Assembly (NCBI GenBank): GCA_022813965.1
Contig: JALDZS010000125.1
Span: 1-64,000 of the forward strand
Length of the DNA: 64,000 nt
Origin: Toensbergia leucococca
Taxonomy: Eukaryota
Reading direction: 5' to 3'
Each line of letters opens with the position of its first letter. The stretch's first letter is position 1. The notes below the pieces were generated by a model. That model ran no database searches and was not told the DNA's origin. It saw only the letters and a program-made list of their open reading frames with translations. Shown here in pieces: positions 40,317 through 52,868 of the stretch. The position numbers and the translations under genes were made by a program.

Positions 40317-42152
40317 ATGGAGAGCAACCAAGGAGTGCGAATCAATGGTGCTCCTGTTACTCGCAACGGTGTTCCTCCTGTGACGAACAAGCAACAGAAT
40401 CACCACCAGGATGCCAATGTCGATGAGATTTCCGCCATCGCGCCCAATGCCATTTCTACAGACACGGTCCTGACCACCAGTGACAACACAGCTGGTATCA
40501 GCCGTGTTGGCATTGATGCAACCATGAACAAAGGAGTCGCTGATTTCTTCAGTCCCGAAATCTTCAATATTGTGCTACACAACCCGACTACGGCTCATCA
40601 GCTCCTGAGGTTCAGTCAAAACCGTTTCTGCGGTGAGAATATGGAGTTTCTGGAAAAGGTTCTCTCTACCGACACTCTCCAATCTCAGAATCGCAAAGCT
40701 GATACTTTTCGGCTTGATAACAGGCTGATCGTTTCAATTTCCTTATCGATGAGCTTACCAAAACCATGTCGGAGATTTATCATACCTTTACTGCCGTCAA
40801 CGCTCCGAGCCAGTTGAACCTCCCTCAAATCATGACCAAGACCATCAATAGGGATATCAAGCATACTAGCATGACCACCCTTCCATCCTTGGAATTGATT
40901 TTCGCCGACGCCCAGAAGCATGTGGAGAAGATCCTGGCTACCGATGTCTATCCTCGCTTTGTTAGGCATCAGCTGACCACGAGCGCCATGACTGCTCTTT
41001 CTGACAATAGTCTCAAGTACGCTGGTCTAGGAGACTGTTTTTGCTTGACCCATCCCGCGTGAGTGTGCCTCAGAGTGTACCGAGTGCTTTTTTTCCAGGC
41101 TGACGTTGCTTGGTCTTCTAGCACCGCCGATAATCCAATTCTTTACGCCTCGGATGGATTCGTCAAAGTGACAGGATATTCTAGAACTGACATCATTCCC
41201 CGTAATTGTCGCTTTCTCCAGGGCAATTACACTGACAAAAACATCGTTCGACGTCTAAAGGCTTCTATTGACGATAGTAAAGAGTCGGTGGAACTGATAC
41301 TCAACTATCGAAAGACTGGAGAACCTTTCTGGAATCTGCTCTACGTTGGTGAGTCTTGGTGCCCATATTTTCCATATCACAGCAATCGGAGAAGCTTACA
41401 GGTACACTAGCACCCCTATTCGATAGCAAAGGCAAGCTAGCATTCTTTCTAGGTGGTCAAATCAACTGCTCGACTACGATTCATAATTGTTCGGATATCT
41501 TACGCGTCCTGTCAGTGTCTGATGCGCCCGAAGAAGAAAATGCCATCGTGCCGACTGTTCCGACCAAACGTGACATCCAGTCTAGCCGTAAGAACTTTTT
41601 CAAGAGTCTCCTCTCCCGGAGCAGCAGCAAGGTGGTTGAGGAGCGTGAGGCTGGGATGGAGCAAGAGTTGATTGGTTCAATCAATAGTAAGAAGTTGAAT
41701 GTTAGCAACCAGATGAGAATTTTTTACAACGCCTACTCAAAGGTTTGACCTTCCCCAATAATCCGTTTTAATATTAGTCTCGATCTGACGTTGTCGCTGA
41801 GTAGTATCTGGTCATGGCATACGACACCATGCAGGTTGAGTTCTTTTCAGCCGGCGTTGTCGAGATGCTCGGTATCGATCCAAAGACTAACAATGCATTC
41901 TTCGGTAACGAAGTCTTCGATCTCCTGAACCGTCACTCGGCAGGCATGAGCAAGGACTTCAAGAACAAGGTCCGTGGCGCCTTGAAGATGGGGCGTGCCA
42001 TTTCAGCAGAGATGTCACTCTTCCTTCGTTCAAAGGAGGCCCCAGGAGTGAGTCAGAAGTTTCTCTCACACTGGACGCCACTGAAAGACGAGCATGCAAA
42101 TGTTAGGTATATCGTTCTGACATTAGGCATGGTGACGGACAAGACATCGTAG
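40317..42152 (+). CDS. RGS-LOV-PAS/DUF blue-light photoreceptor, BcLOV4-like
   Basis: RGS region FFSPEIFNIVLHNPTTAHQLLRFSQNRFCGENMEFLEK..DVYPRF. LOV DNPILYASDGF..PRNCRFLQG..LNYRKTGEPFWN..FLGGQ. Polybasic amphipathic RKNFFKSLLSR and C-terminal SHWTPLKD. Four introns. Confidence 0.9.
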
Positions 42153-43708
42153 GAGATCCAGATAAGGGTGCATCATAACAGGCGAACTGGGTGGCTCTAG
42201 TGAATAAGGTGTTTAGGACATAGCAGGACATACCCAACAGGAGGAAGTATGTCACAATAGCTAGTTAGGTAGCTGCAGAAAAATGTTCATGATACATATC
42301 CCATGATTCATTCCACGAGATGTGCTGTGCAGTGTTTGAATTTCAAACTCTTCACATGCCGAATCCCAGACTGCAACAACGGTAATCTTGGGTGTCACCA
42401 TGTAAGAGAACATTTGAAATAGAAATGTAAATGAAGGAATGTAAGATTCTAAGTTAAAGCAAGGCAGTTTCTTTTAACAAAGCAGTCGGGAACTCGGGCA
42501 TTTCTTGACCGACGCCGTGCCGTGTTCTTAGGGTGAGCGTAGCCCCTCTCCCCCTTAGCTGTGCAAGTACTCCGCAGGCTGAAGACCAACAACACAGATT
42601 ACGAACCCATCCTGGCACCCTTGCCAAACCAACGCTCCAAGCTGAGCCTAGTGGTGGGGGTTTTATTTTCAGACATTGAAACGAGCCATGGCCATCAAGA
42701 CGGGCTATCACGCTACCTACTCCGTACACCGCCCTCAGCAGGGCTAATTTCATCTTCCAGCCACTTTACTCGGCTGCATGAAGCTTCCAAGATAATTTAT
42801 GGATACAGCATTGGAGAGTAGATAGAGTCATGGGACGAATTACGGTGTGAAGATGGTGAGATTGTCAGAAGCTGATGGGCGCGCCAAGAGATGGCGGACG
42901 CCTCATACTCTGGCGACGACGTGACAGGCTGATGTTCAATAGGCCTCCCCACCTTATCAGCCCAATTGGTCGATTCTGGACGCTTGTACAATTTATGAGT
43001 CTGTGTATCCTAGGGTCGTCTTGGAGCACTAAAGCCTCACCGTCGTGCACGATTTACTCTACCCACACAAAATTGATGCTGTGGCTTGAACGTAATAATG
43101 AGCCCAGCAGTTTCACCATGCAGCTTTCGTTTGTCTAGAGGAAGTTTAAAAAGGTCCACGGTTCCACTGAGGATAGCTACCTATTGACGAAATGGTAGAC
43201 AGAATTCTGGCTTCCAAGAATGATGAACAATATGCACGGATAGATTTGAGTATTCGGGTCAGCTTTCCTGCTGTTCATTGAGTCCGGCAGTTAGAAGACA
43301 AAAGCCTTACACGCTAGAATAGGTAAAATGGGGATTCTAGTGCACGATGGATATTCTGTAAAAACGCTAAGCCTTAGGAGGCTGTGTTGGTCAAGGCCGG
43401 CGTCAAGCTGAAGATTGGAGGATTTCCTTATTCCCTTATCCCTACGAATCAATAATAATGTTGCCGTCCTCCCGACCTCATGCCTTTTTCCTAACGTCTT
43501 CTTCTCTTCCTTTGCATAGCCAGTCCTCGTTGTCGCGTTTCTTGTTCTTTTTTCTTCATATTTTTGTATATTGATCTTCTTGAGGCACTTGTACACGAGC
43601 TGCATTGGACTACTATTAATCAGATACCGAGGAGAAGGTCTATGCTTTCAAGCCCTTCTTCAAAGACCTTTCCCGACTGCGGGCATTGGCACTTTGACGG
43701 CCCCCAGC

Positions 43709-46700
43709 ATGCTGCTCATTAATTCTTTCCTGCTTTTGTGCCTTTTCGGCAAGCTGTCCTTAGCTTTACGCTTCGATAAACAGTATATAGGTTACAATCT
43801 CAACGAAAACGCAACGGCTGTTGATCCACTCGACTACGCGGGTGAATGGCCTGATCACACGTACAACCTAAGCCCAACGAACTGGAGGTTTCCATTCTAC
43901 ACCCTCTTCATCGATAAATTTGTCAACGGCGACCCCACCAACGATGATATTAACGGGACTGCCTTCGAGCATGATATCATGTGAGTGTTACCCTGTCTTT
44001 GCCCCTCCTCTTTCATTGATAGAATGAAAAATTGACCTGACTTGATTTCCTAGGCAAACACAGCTTCGTCATGGGGGAGATCTTCAGGGGATTATCGATA
44101 GTCTAGACTACATCCAGGGTATTGGTATCAAAGGAATCTATATCGCCGGCAGTCCTTTCATCAACGAACCTTGGGGATCCGACGCATATTCTCCCCTCGA
44201 TTTTACTCTCCTCGATCAACATTTTGGCAATATTGAGATGTGGCGGTCTGCAATTACTGAGATACACCAGAGGGGCATGTATGGTGAGTTCGTTATCTGC
44301 CGAAGCCTTCGATTGGGGGCTACTGACGCGGTCAATAGTTGTAATGGATCACACAATGTCCACGTAAGAAGCTCTCCATCCGTCTTGATGGCATCACGCA
44401 TTCTGGACCTTTCGAGAGTTGTGCTTACTTTTTCACCAATCACTAACAATTGTAATCTCACAGTATGGGGGATCTAATCGCCTCAGACGGGTTTCTGAAT
44501 GCCTCCACGCCATTTACCCTCAGCGAACATAAGGTCCAGTGGCGCAATTCTGATAGGCAGTATCTTGATTTCAGATTCGGTAACACCTACAATAAGACTT
44601 GCCAATACCCAAGATTTTGGAATGAGTCAGGATACCCCGTTGGAAGCGACGTCACTGATCAGATGGTGGGCTGCTATGACTCTGAATTTGATCAGGTAAG
44701 ATATGCAAAGCTGCTTTTTCCATGCCTTTAAGTACTTCCTAATCGCTTAATGCCACAGTATGGAGATATCGAGGCCTTTGGGGTATTCGCAGACTGGCAA
44801 CGTCAACTCGCTAAATTTGCCTCCGTTCAAGATCGTCTCCGAGAATGGGTACCTTCTGTACGAGCAAAGTTGGAGCACTTTTCTTGCATCACTATCATGA
44901 TGCTTGATATCGATGGATTCCGTCTTGACAAGGCAACTCAAATTACCGTGGACGCACTGGGAGACTTTGGCCATTCGGTCAGGGAGTGCGCACGAAGAGT
45001 AGGAAAGCAAAACTTCTTCATCGCTGGTGAAATTGCAGGTGGAAATACTTTCGGTAGTATCTACTTGGGAAGGGGTCGTCAGCCAGACATGGTCCCGCAA
45101 ACCCTACTTGACGCTGTCACGACAAAGAACACTTCCAATAGCTCCATGTTCATTCGGGATGAGGACAACAATGCTCTGGATGCTGCAGTATTTCACTACT
45201 CGGTCTACAGAGCTTTGACCAGACTTTTAGGAATGGATGGTAATCTGACCAGTGGTTATGATACACCTGTCAATTTCGTTGATGCGTGGAACACAATGCT
45301 GAGCACCAATGATTTGGTAAATGCAAACACAGGCGTTTTTGATCCGCGACATATGTACGGTGTCTCCAATCAAGATGTCTTTAGGTGGCCCGCAATAGCC
45401 AATGGGACGGAGAAAATGCTCTTGGGCATGTTCATCACTACTTTGATGATGCCAGGCATACCGTTGCTGCTTTGGGGAGAAGAGCAAGCTTTCTATGCCC
45501 TTGACAATACAGCCGGTAATTACCTGTTTGGTAGACAAGCGATGAGCTCATCCCAAGCATGGGAAATCCACTCGTGCTATAGTCTGGGAAGTTCCCAATA
45601 CAACAACTTTCCTCTAGGAGCTGCGGCGCACGGCTGTGAGGATGATTGGAACAGTCTTGATCACCGTGATCCTACCAGCCCTGTGCGCAATATTGTCAAA
45701 AGCATGTATCAAATGCGGGAAAATTATCCGGCACTTAATGATGGCTGGTTCCTACAGCAGCTTTCAAATCAAACGCACAACATTTACCTCCCCGGGTCGA
45801 ATGGTACCCCTACAGAAACCGGCATGTGGTCGATAATGCGAGGGCATTTTGCCCCTGTTCAGGACCTTTCCGGTGAAGGAAAGGGTAATCAGTCTGTGTG
45901 GCTGTTGTATCAAAACGATGATCAGACAATCGACTACAAATTCGATTGTTCGAGTAACGAGACAGCCCTTATCTCACCTTTCGATACCAAGACAGTGGTC
46001 AAAAATCTGTACTATCCGTATGACGAGCTCACTCTCAAGGACGGACCCATTAAACTCGGAATTTATGGATCTGAAAAGCTGAATGGTTGCCTGGATGATC
46101 TGTCATTGGCTCCCTGGGAGTTTAGAGCCTATGTACCCAAATCCAGTTATGTCGCTACAGGTCCGATGGTCACAAAGGTACGTTGGCAAATCAACATAGT
46201 CGAGTCTGTCGCATCGTCTCCTCATACTTGCAAAATCTTTCCAACAAGTATATCAACAATACTGACATGAACAGTTTGTACCTGGCCATGATGCTCGCCT
46301 ACAATCAAGCGTCACCATTGGAGAACAGGAGACTGTCGCCATTGAGTTTCATTTTTCCGCGGAAATGGACTGTAAGATCATCGCGTCTACACTCCAGATC
46401 AACTCCACCACCGAAGATGGGACGACGGCGACGTTGGACGAAAATTCTGCTACCTGTGATACTACAGATCCGATAGACCTGACTTCTTTCATTGGAGGTG
46501 TAGCAACGCAATGGACATTTAAAGCTAATTTAGTGAACGTTTCAAATGGTGTTCATGCCTTGACCCTGAAAAACATCACTACGAAAGATGCTTCAACATC
46601 TACTGGGGTTCGTTACGCTCTTGGAAAGCCCTTCTTTTTCTACGAAGCCTTCGCTGACTCCAATCTCCACAGACTACTGATCACTTCCTCTTCCGTATTG

Positions 46701-49700
46701 GGCAACCTGATAATCCAATGGTGTTTCCTAAATGGGCCAACTACACACGTGATCTGTTGTTCCAGTACAGCAACAAATCTTTATACGTGTCCCACAAGGC
46801 TGCCGGAGCAGATCAGTTCCGTTACTCTTTGAATTGGGGCTCAAGTTACAGTGCATGGCAGCCATACACTGGTACAAACACAACACTTGCGCCAAAACAA
46901 TGGTCTGGGACTTCATTACAAGATTGGGATGGCGAACATGTTATTATGCAGTATTACAACTCAATGACTGGCAGCAGTGATCATATCCAGCATGCAGATT
47001 TGGGTCAGGAAAACCTACCAGCAAGGAGATTCCCACACCTGTTTTTAAACGGCCCATTCAATCAATATGGATTCGATGGCGGCCTTCTCAACAACTTCAA
47101 CCTGAAAGACAACGGCCTTTGGGTGTACAATTTCATGACTGAATGGCCAACCAGCGTCCAGGTCAACGAGTGGGGCGTCAACCCTGATGGACAACCCGAT
47201 CAGACGGGCGTTTTTGGTGATGTGGACAAGGATAACATTCTCGACCGCATGCCACCGTCATCGTTAGCTCCAACTTTGCTCAACATCACCACGGTTCCTC
47301 CTTCGCCTTATCTTGCGTGGCAATTGACCGTCAACGATGCAACGTACAGATACGATATTGTACCAGTCGGTAATAGATACTCTCAGCTGATCATGTACTG
47401 TGTGATGTGGGTTCTGCCGGTTGTGTCTGCAGCGCTGGGAGTATGGGCATTCATGCTATCGTAAGTCAATCTCGCATTCGTGCAATCATCTCTTGCCCCG
47501 TTGAGAACTTCTTTCTCTTCAACAAACAATCCAAATTCACACTGAGTGGGCTACTCGTTGTATCGCATGTCTTGCTAATTATAACCAGCTTCTACAAAGT
47601 CAAATTCAATAGGACCGGAGTAAGCAACAACGGGGGTTTGATACCATTTTCGCTACGACGCAAGTTCAAGCAGAGCAAGGGCTACGAACAGGTTCATTCG
47701 GGACTGACAAAGCTTGAAGACTTTTCCTCTCACCATCTTTCAATGACCAACACCAAATCACCAATGCAGGCTAGCGTGCTTCCTCTGGGCAAAGTCACTG
47801 TGGGTCGACGAACCGTCCTTATTGCCACAATGGAGTACGATATAGAAGATTGGGCAATCAAGATAAAAATTGGCGGCCTGGGTGTCATGGCCCAGTTGAT
47901 GGGTAAAAATCTGGGTCACCAAGACCTGATATGGGTTGTTCCCTGTGTCGGGGGTATCGACTATCCTGAAGATCAGCGCGCCGAACCAATGGAAGTCACG
48001 ATTCTTGGAAAACCTTATGAGATTTTGGTGCAGTATCACACCCTTCGGAATATCACCTACGTTTTGCTAGATTCAGAAGTATTCCGGGCTCAGTCGAAGT
48101 CGGAGCCGTATCCCCCACGAATGGATGACCTAGACTCGGCAATCTACTATTCAGCATGGAATCAATGCATTGCACTAACTATTAAACGTTTCCCTATCGA
48201 CCTCTACCATATCAACGACTACCATGGCGCAGTTGCACCTGTTCACCTTCTTCCGCAAACAATTCCCTGTTGTCTCTCACTTCATAACGCAGAGTTTCAA
48301 GGTCTGTGGCCAATGCGAACCCCGAAAGAAAGACAAGAAGTCGCTGAAGTATACAACATTTCCCCTGAGACGGTTGAAAAGTATGTGCAATTCGGCGATG
48401 TGTTCAATTTGTTACACGCTGGCAGCTCTTACCTTCGGATCCATCAAAAAGGCTTCGGGGCTGTGGGTGTCAGCAAGAAATATGGAAAGCGATCCTGGGC
48501 TAGATATCCTATTTTCTGGGGCTTGAGTAAAATCGGCAATCTACCCAATCCTGACCCTTCAGATACAGCTGCTTGGTCCGGGGAGCAAGACGAAGGGAAC
48601 ATTGTCATCGATGAAGAATTTGAAAAGGGCCGGGGAGAGTTGAGACGACAAGCTCAAGAATGGGCTGGACTGGATCAAAATCCCAACGCAGAACTCTTGG
48701 TCTTTGTTGGTCGATGGTCAATGCAAAAAGGAATCGATCTCATTGCTGACGTGATGCCTGCTGTCCTGGAAGAAAAGAAGAATGTGCAATTGATTTGCGT
48801 TGGCCCTGTCATTGATCTCTACGGCAAGTTTGCTGCATTGAAGCTGGATGTCATGATGAAGAAGTATCCAGGTAGAGTATTTTCCAAGCCAGAATTCACT
48901 GCTCTACCTCCCTTTATTTTCTCCGGAGCTGAGTTCGCTTTAATACCATCGCGAGACGAGCCATTCGGTTTGGTGGCAGTGGAATTCGGTCGGAAAGGTG
49001 CTTTGGGTATTGGCGCCCGTGTTGGAGGATTAGGACAGATGGTATGCCATTCTTGGAACCGTTCCAGAAGAGTGCAGTTCACTGATAGTTTTAATTGAAT
49101 AGCCCGGCTGGTGGTTCACCGTGGAGTCCACTACGACATCGCACATGCTGCATCAATTCAAGACGGCCATCAAAGAAGCTTTAGCCTCCAAATTGCAAGT
49201 AAGGAAAATGATGAGAGCCAGGAGCGCAAAGCAACGCTTCCCTGTCGCACAGTGGGTTGAGGATCTTGAAACTCTACAGACCACAGCAATCAAAATCCAC
49301 CAGAAAGAGGCCTCCCATGTACACGGTGAGTCGTACACCTCTCGAGGAAGAAACCGCCTGCGAAGGGCCTCCAGAGTCTCTTTCTCCAGCGCCAGATCAA
49401 TAAGCCCACCGAGAGAAGAACCAGTCGATATGTATGGTAATAGACGAGGCTCGGCACAATTAGAGCTCAATGATATGCACGATAGGACACCAAGCCCCGC
49501 TAGGATAGTGCCACCCGGAGTTGGAAGAACGCTGTCACTTGGGATCCGAGCTGGACCAGGACACGCTGCTGGATCAAGATCGCTCATGGATCGAAGCAAC
49601 TCTCCTGCAAATGGGCCACGCATAAGGGTCTCTACCATTCAAGATGCCGATGATGAGGGAGCGGAAGATGACTCGCATGAAGTGGACCCTGAAGAGTACA

Positions 49701-51841
49701 TCGTTACGCCCGAGGAGATTGCAGCCAACAGGGAAAGAGACTCGCAAGCCGTTGCATTGAGGTCGGAACTCCTAGGTCACACTCCAGACTTTGTGGCGAT
49801 CCCTCCTCGTTCACTTCAACAATCTCCCTCTAATAATTCAGAGCCCGAGACAACAGCTCCACGACTAGAAGATAATCTTCTTCAGCCTACAACGCCTTTG
49901 TACAATCGTAGAAGAAGTAGCAGCAACCTGAGTGTGACTTCTGTTGACGAGGGTCTCTTACCACCGCCGTCGCCATTCTACAACCAGAACAGGAATAGCA
50001 GTACACTTAGTGTGGGAGATGAAGGACTTCTACCACCTGCATCTCCATTCTACAACCAAAAGAGAAACAGCAGTAACCTAAGTCTAAATGCCGTTGTCGG
50101 AGACCACACAGACTTCAAACTGCAACAAGTCGATCCCAATTTCACCGATAGTAATGAAGAATATTTCAAAGCCTTTGAGGAGAGTCTTCAGAAGCTCGAC
50201 GGATCCAACTCGGAAGGGTTGCTGTGCATTCAAGAATATCTCGTCAAAAGTGAAAAGTCATGGTTTGATGAATTCAGGGCAGCAAAACTTGGAAGAAGAA
50301 GATCACCGTCACCAAATCCGGATGCGAGAAGACTTTCGCGTAGCCGTGGAAGATCGCCGTCCGCTAGTCCCGGACCCTCCTTGTTTCGTCGAGGAAGACC
50401 GTCTGGTTCCCGAGAGAGAAGTTTTATCGAATCACGGGATGCATCTCCTGTTGGTTCGATAGCTTCGAAAGAGGGAAGTCTGGATCAGTTCCTCTTGGGT
50501 GACGGTTACAAGCCCCCAACCGGTATCAAGCTCGTCGCCCAATACCGGATAGGGGATTGGCCGATTTACTCCATTTTCTTGGCATTTGGCCAGATCATTG
50601 CCGCCAACTCGTACCAGATAACCCTCCTCAGTGGCACAATCAAGAATGATGCCGAGAGGTTTTACATCATTGCTACCATATATCTGGTAAGTTCCATAGC
50701 ATGGTGGCTTGTCTTTCGTCTGGTCAAATCCATCTACGTCCTTTCGGTACCGTTTGTATTCTATGGGCTCGCATTCCTCCTCCTAGGTATGTCCCCGTTG
50801 GTCCATTCTGTGGGTGGAAAGAGTTGGATGTCGAATGTAGCCTCGGGCATGTATGCGACAGCCTCGTCTAGTGGATCGTTATTCTTCGCACTCAATTTCG
50901 GGGATGAAGGTGGGAGCCCAATTAAAGCGTGGGTGTACCGCGCCTGCGTCATTCAAGGGACTCAGCAAATCTACCTCTGCGCCCTTTGGTTTTGGGGTGA
51001 CTACCTTACTCGGCTGAGCAACACGGGCGTCGTTGGCGGTCTTTCCTTCAACACATCGAGCATCACAATGACCATTGTGATGGTCCCGGTGGCCTTTGTC
51101 CTGTTCGGGGTTGGATTGTTGATATACCTTGGTCTCCCGGATTACTATCGGCAAGAACCCGGAAAGGTGCCGTCGTTCTACCCGTCTCTCTTTCGACGCA
51201 AGATCATCGTATGGTTTTTTGTTGCCGTCATCATTCAAAATTACTTCCTGTCCACATTATATGGACGCAATTTTCAATATCTTTGGTCATCATCCCAGGC
51301 GCCTGTCTGGCAAATCGCTCTTCTCATCGTTTTTTTCTTTGTGATTGTATGGTCGATCTTTCTGTGGGTGTTTGGTCTTCTTTCGAAACGGCATTCATGG
51401 ATCCTCCCAGTCTTCGCCATCGGCCTCGGGGCTCCTCGTTGGGCTCAGGAACTCTGGGGATGCAGTAACATTGGCATGTACGTGCCCTGGGCTGGATCTC
51501 CTCTTGCTTCTGCTCTTGTGGGGCGATCGCTGTGGCTGTGGCTCGGTGTACTCGATGCTCTACAGGGAGTGGGATTTGGTATGATACTTTTGCAGACACT
51601 CACACGCATTCATATTTCCTTTACCCTCATCGCAGCCGAAGTGATTGGAACGATCACAACGATGCTTGCACGAGCTACACTGCCCAGCAAGATTGGGCCG
51701 ACGGGGGTGTTTCCTGACTTCTCGGCTGGGGCTATGCCAGGACTGATACAACCATGGTTTTGGGTGGGACTTGGGTTGCAGTTGTGTGTCTGCGCAGGCT
51801 TCTTCCTATTCTTCCGCAAGGAGCAGTTGAGCAAACCTTGA
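43709..51841 (+). CDS. ags1: Cell-wall alpha-1,3-glucan synthase (Ags/Mok; GH13 + glycosyltransferase + multi-TM)
   Basis: Signal peptide and [20 protein letters not shown]13 [14 protein letters not shown] and NQDVFRW. Glycosyltransferase [19 protein letters not shown] and RFPV. C-terminal TM bundle ending [10 protein letters not shown]. Confidence 0.96.
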
Positions 51842-52868
51842 GAATTTGTACAGATTATAATAGAATGATTTATGCATGCATCAATTTAGCAAGGGCTGAC
51901 TTGACGGGATTTTCAGAGAGCAATCATCAGGATGGCGTAATTTAGACAGGGCACGGATGGAGTGAGATACCTTAATTAATCACATCTATCAAGGCATGAA
52001 GCATGAATTGTGTGTCCGAGGGTCCCTCGAGAGATGAAAAAGATGAAAAAGATGAAAAAGATGCAGGCACTCTTCTTGGTCATTTAGGTGCATGACGCCT
52101 TACCGAGGTTGGACTTGCCGACTTTCGGCTTCGGGACACGACAGGGGGCGGGGCCTGATATCTGAAGAAAGTAGATCAGGCGCTAGAGTAGCGTACCCTT
52201 GTCATCCAGCATTCGGACCATTCGAACCCTGGTTCCCGTTCGGCTGGAGCGCTGCAGGTCTGATTGTCCATTATGCATTATCTCATGATCCCTGGTGTCA
52301 CGTTGCTCAAGCGCTTGGCTGGTGGTGTGACCTGTATCTCTAGAATTGGTATGACTTGAATGCTGCTATCCTTCATTGCAATATTGCGTGTAGCACTAGA
52401 TGAAGATATTCCGCCTCCCGTGCGGTATTAATCTACGGCGGCACATATCAGATACCAGATATAGGCTTTACCGGAAACGGAGGAGATCTCGATCTGGAAG
52501 AAGTATGGCGCCAGATTAACCTTGCAAGTCACAATTGGGTAAGGCAACTGGCCTGCTTCAGCTTCGCACCTTCCTTCCCGAAGCCACCATCATCCACTTA
52601 TCGACTTACTCGGAAGTTGCTTAACGTTACCGGATTCAACTACCTTAGCACTACCAGATAGGCCAACAACGCTAGTAAAGCATTAGCCATCGACATTCGA
52701 CATGGCCCAGCAGACTAGTAGCTCCCACTCGTTCGTGACAAATGTGGACCATGGCAATGTCTTTATTTTAACTTCCTCTTGTGCCCGTTGTCCAGGTCAC
52801 CAAGCTGCTTGCCACGTTGATGTCCGACGTTCAACGCCTGTCATTGATATAACCTTCACGAAAGAGCC

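Noticed and set aside
52033..52063. (GATGAAAAA)x3 downstream of ags
   Set aside because: Ordinary short tandem repeat with no evidence of function.
52200..52260. TTCGAA-containing segment resembling a tRNA T-loop
   Set aside because: It cannot be folded into a cloverleaf. No tRNA or rRNA gene was recognised in the window.
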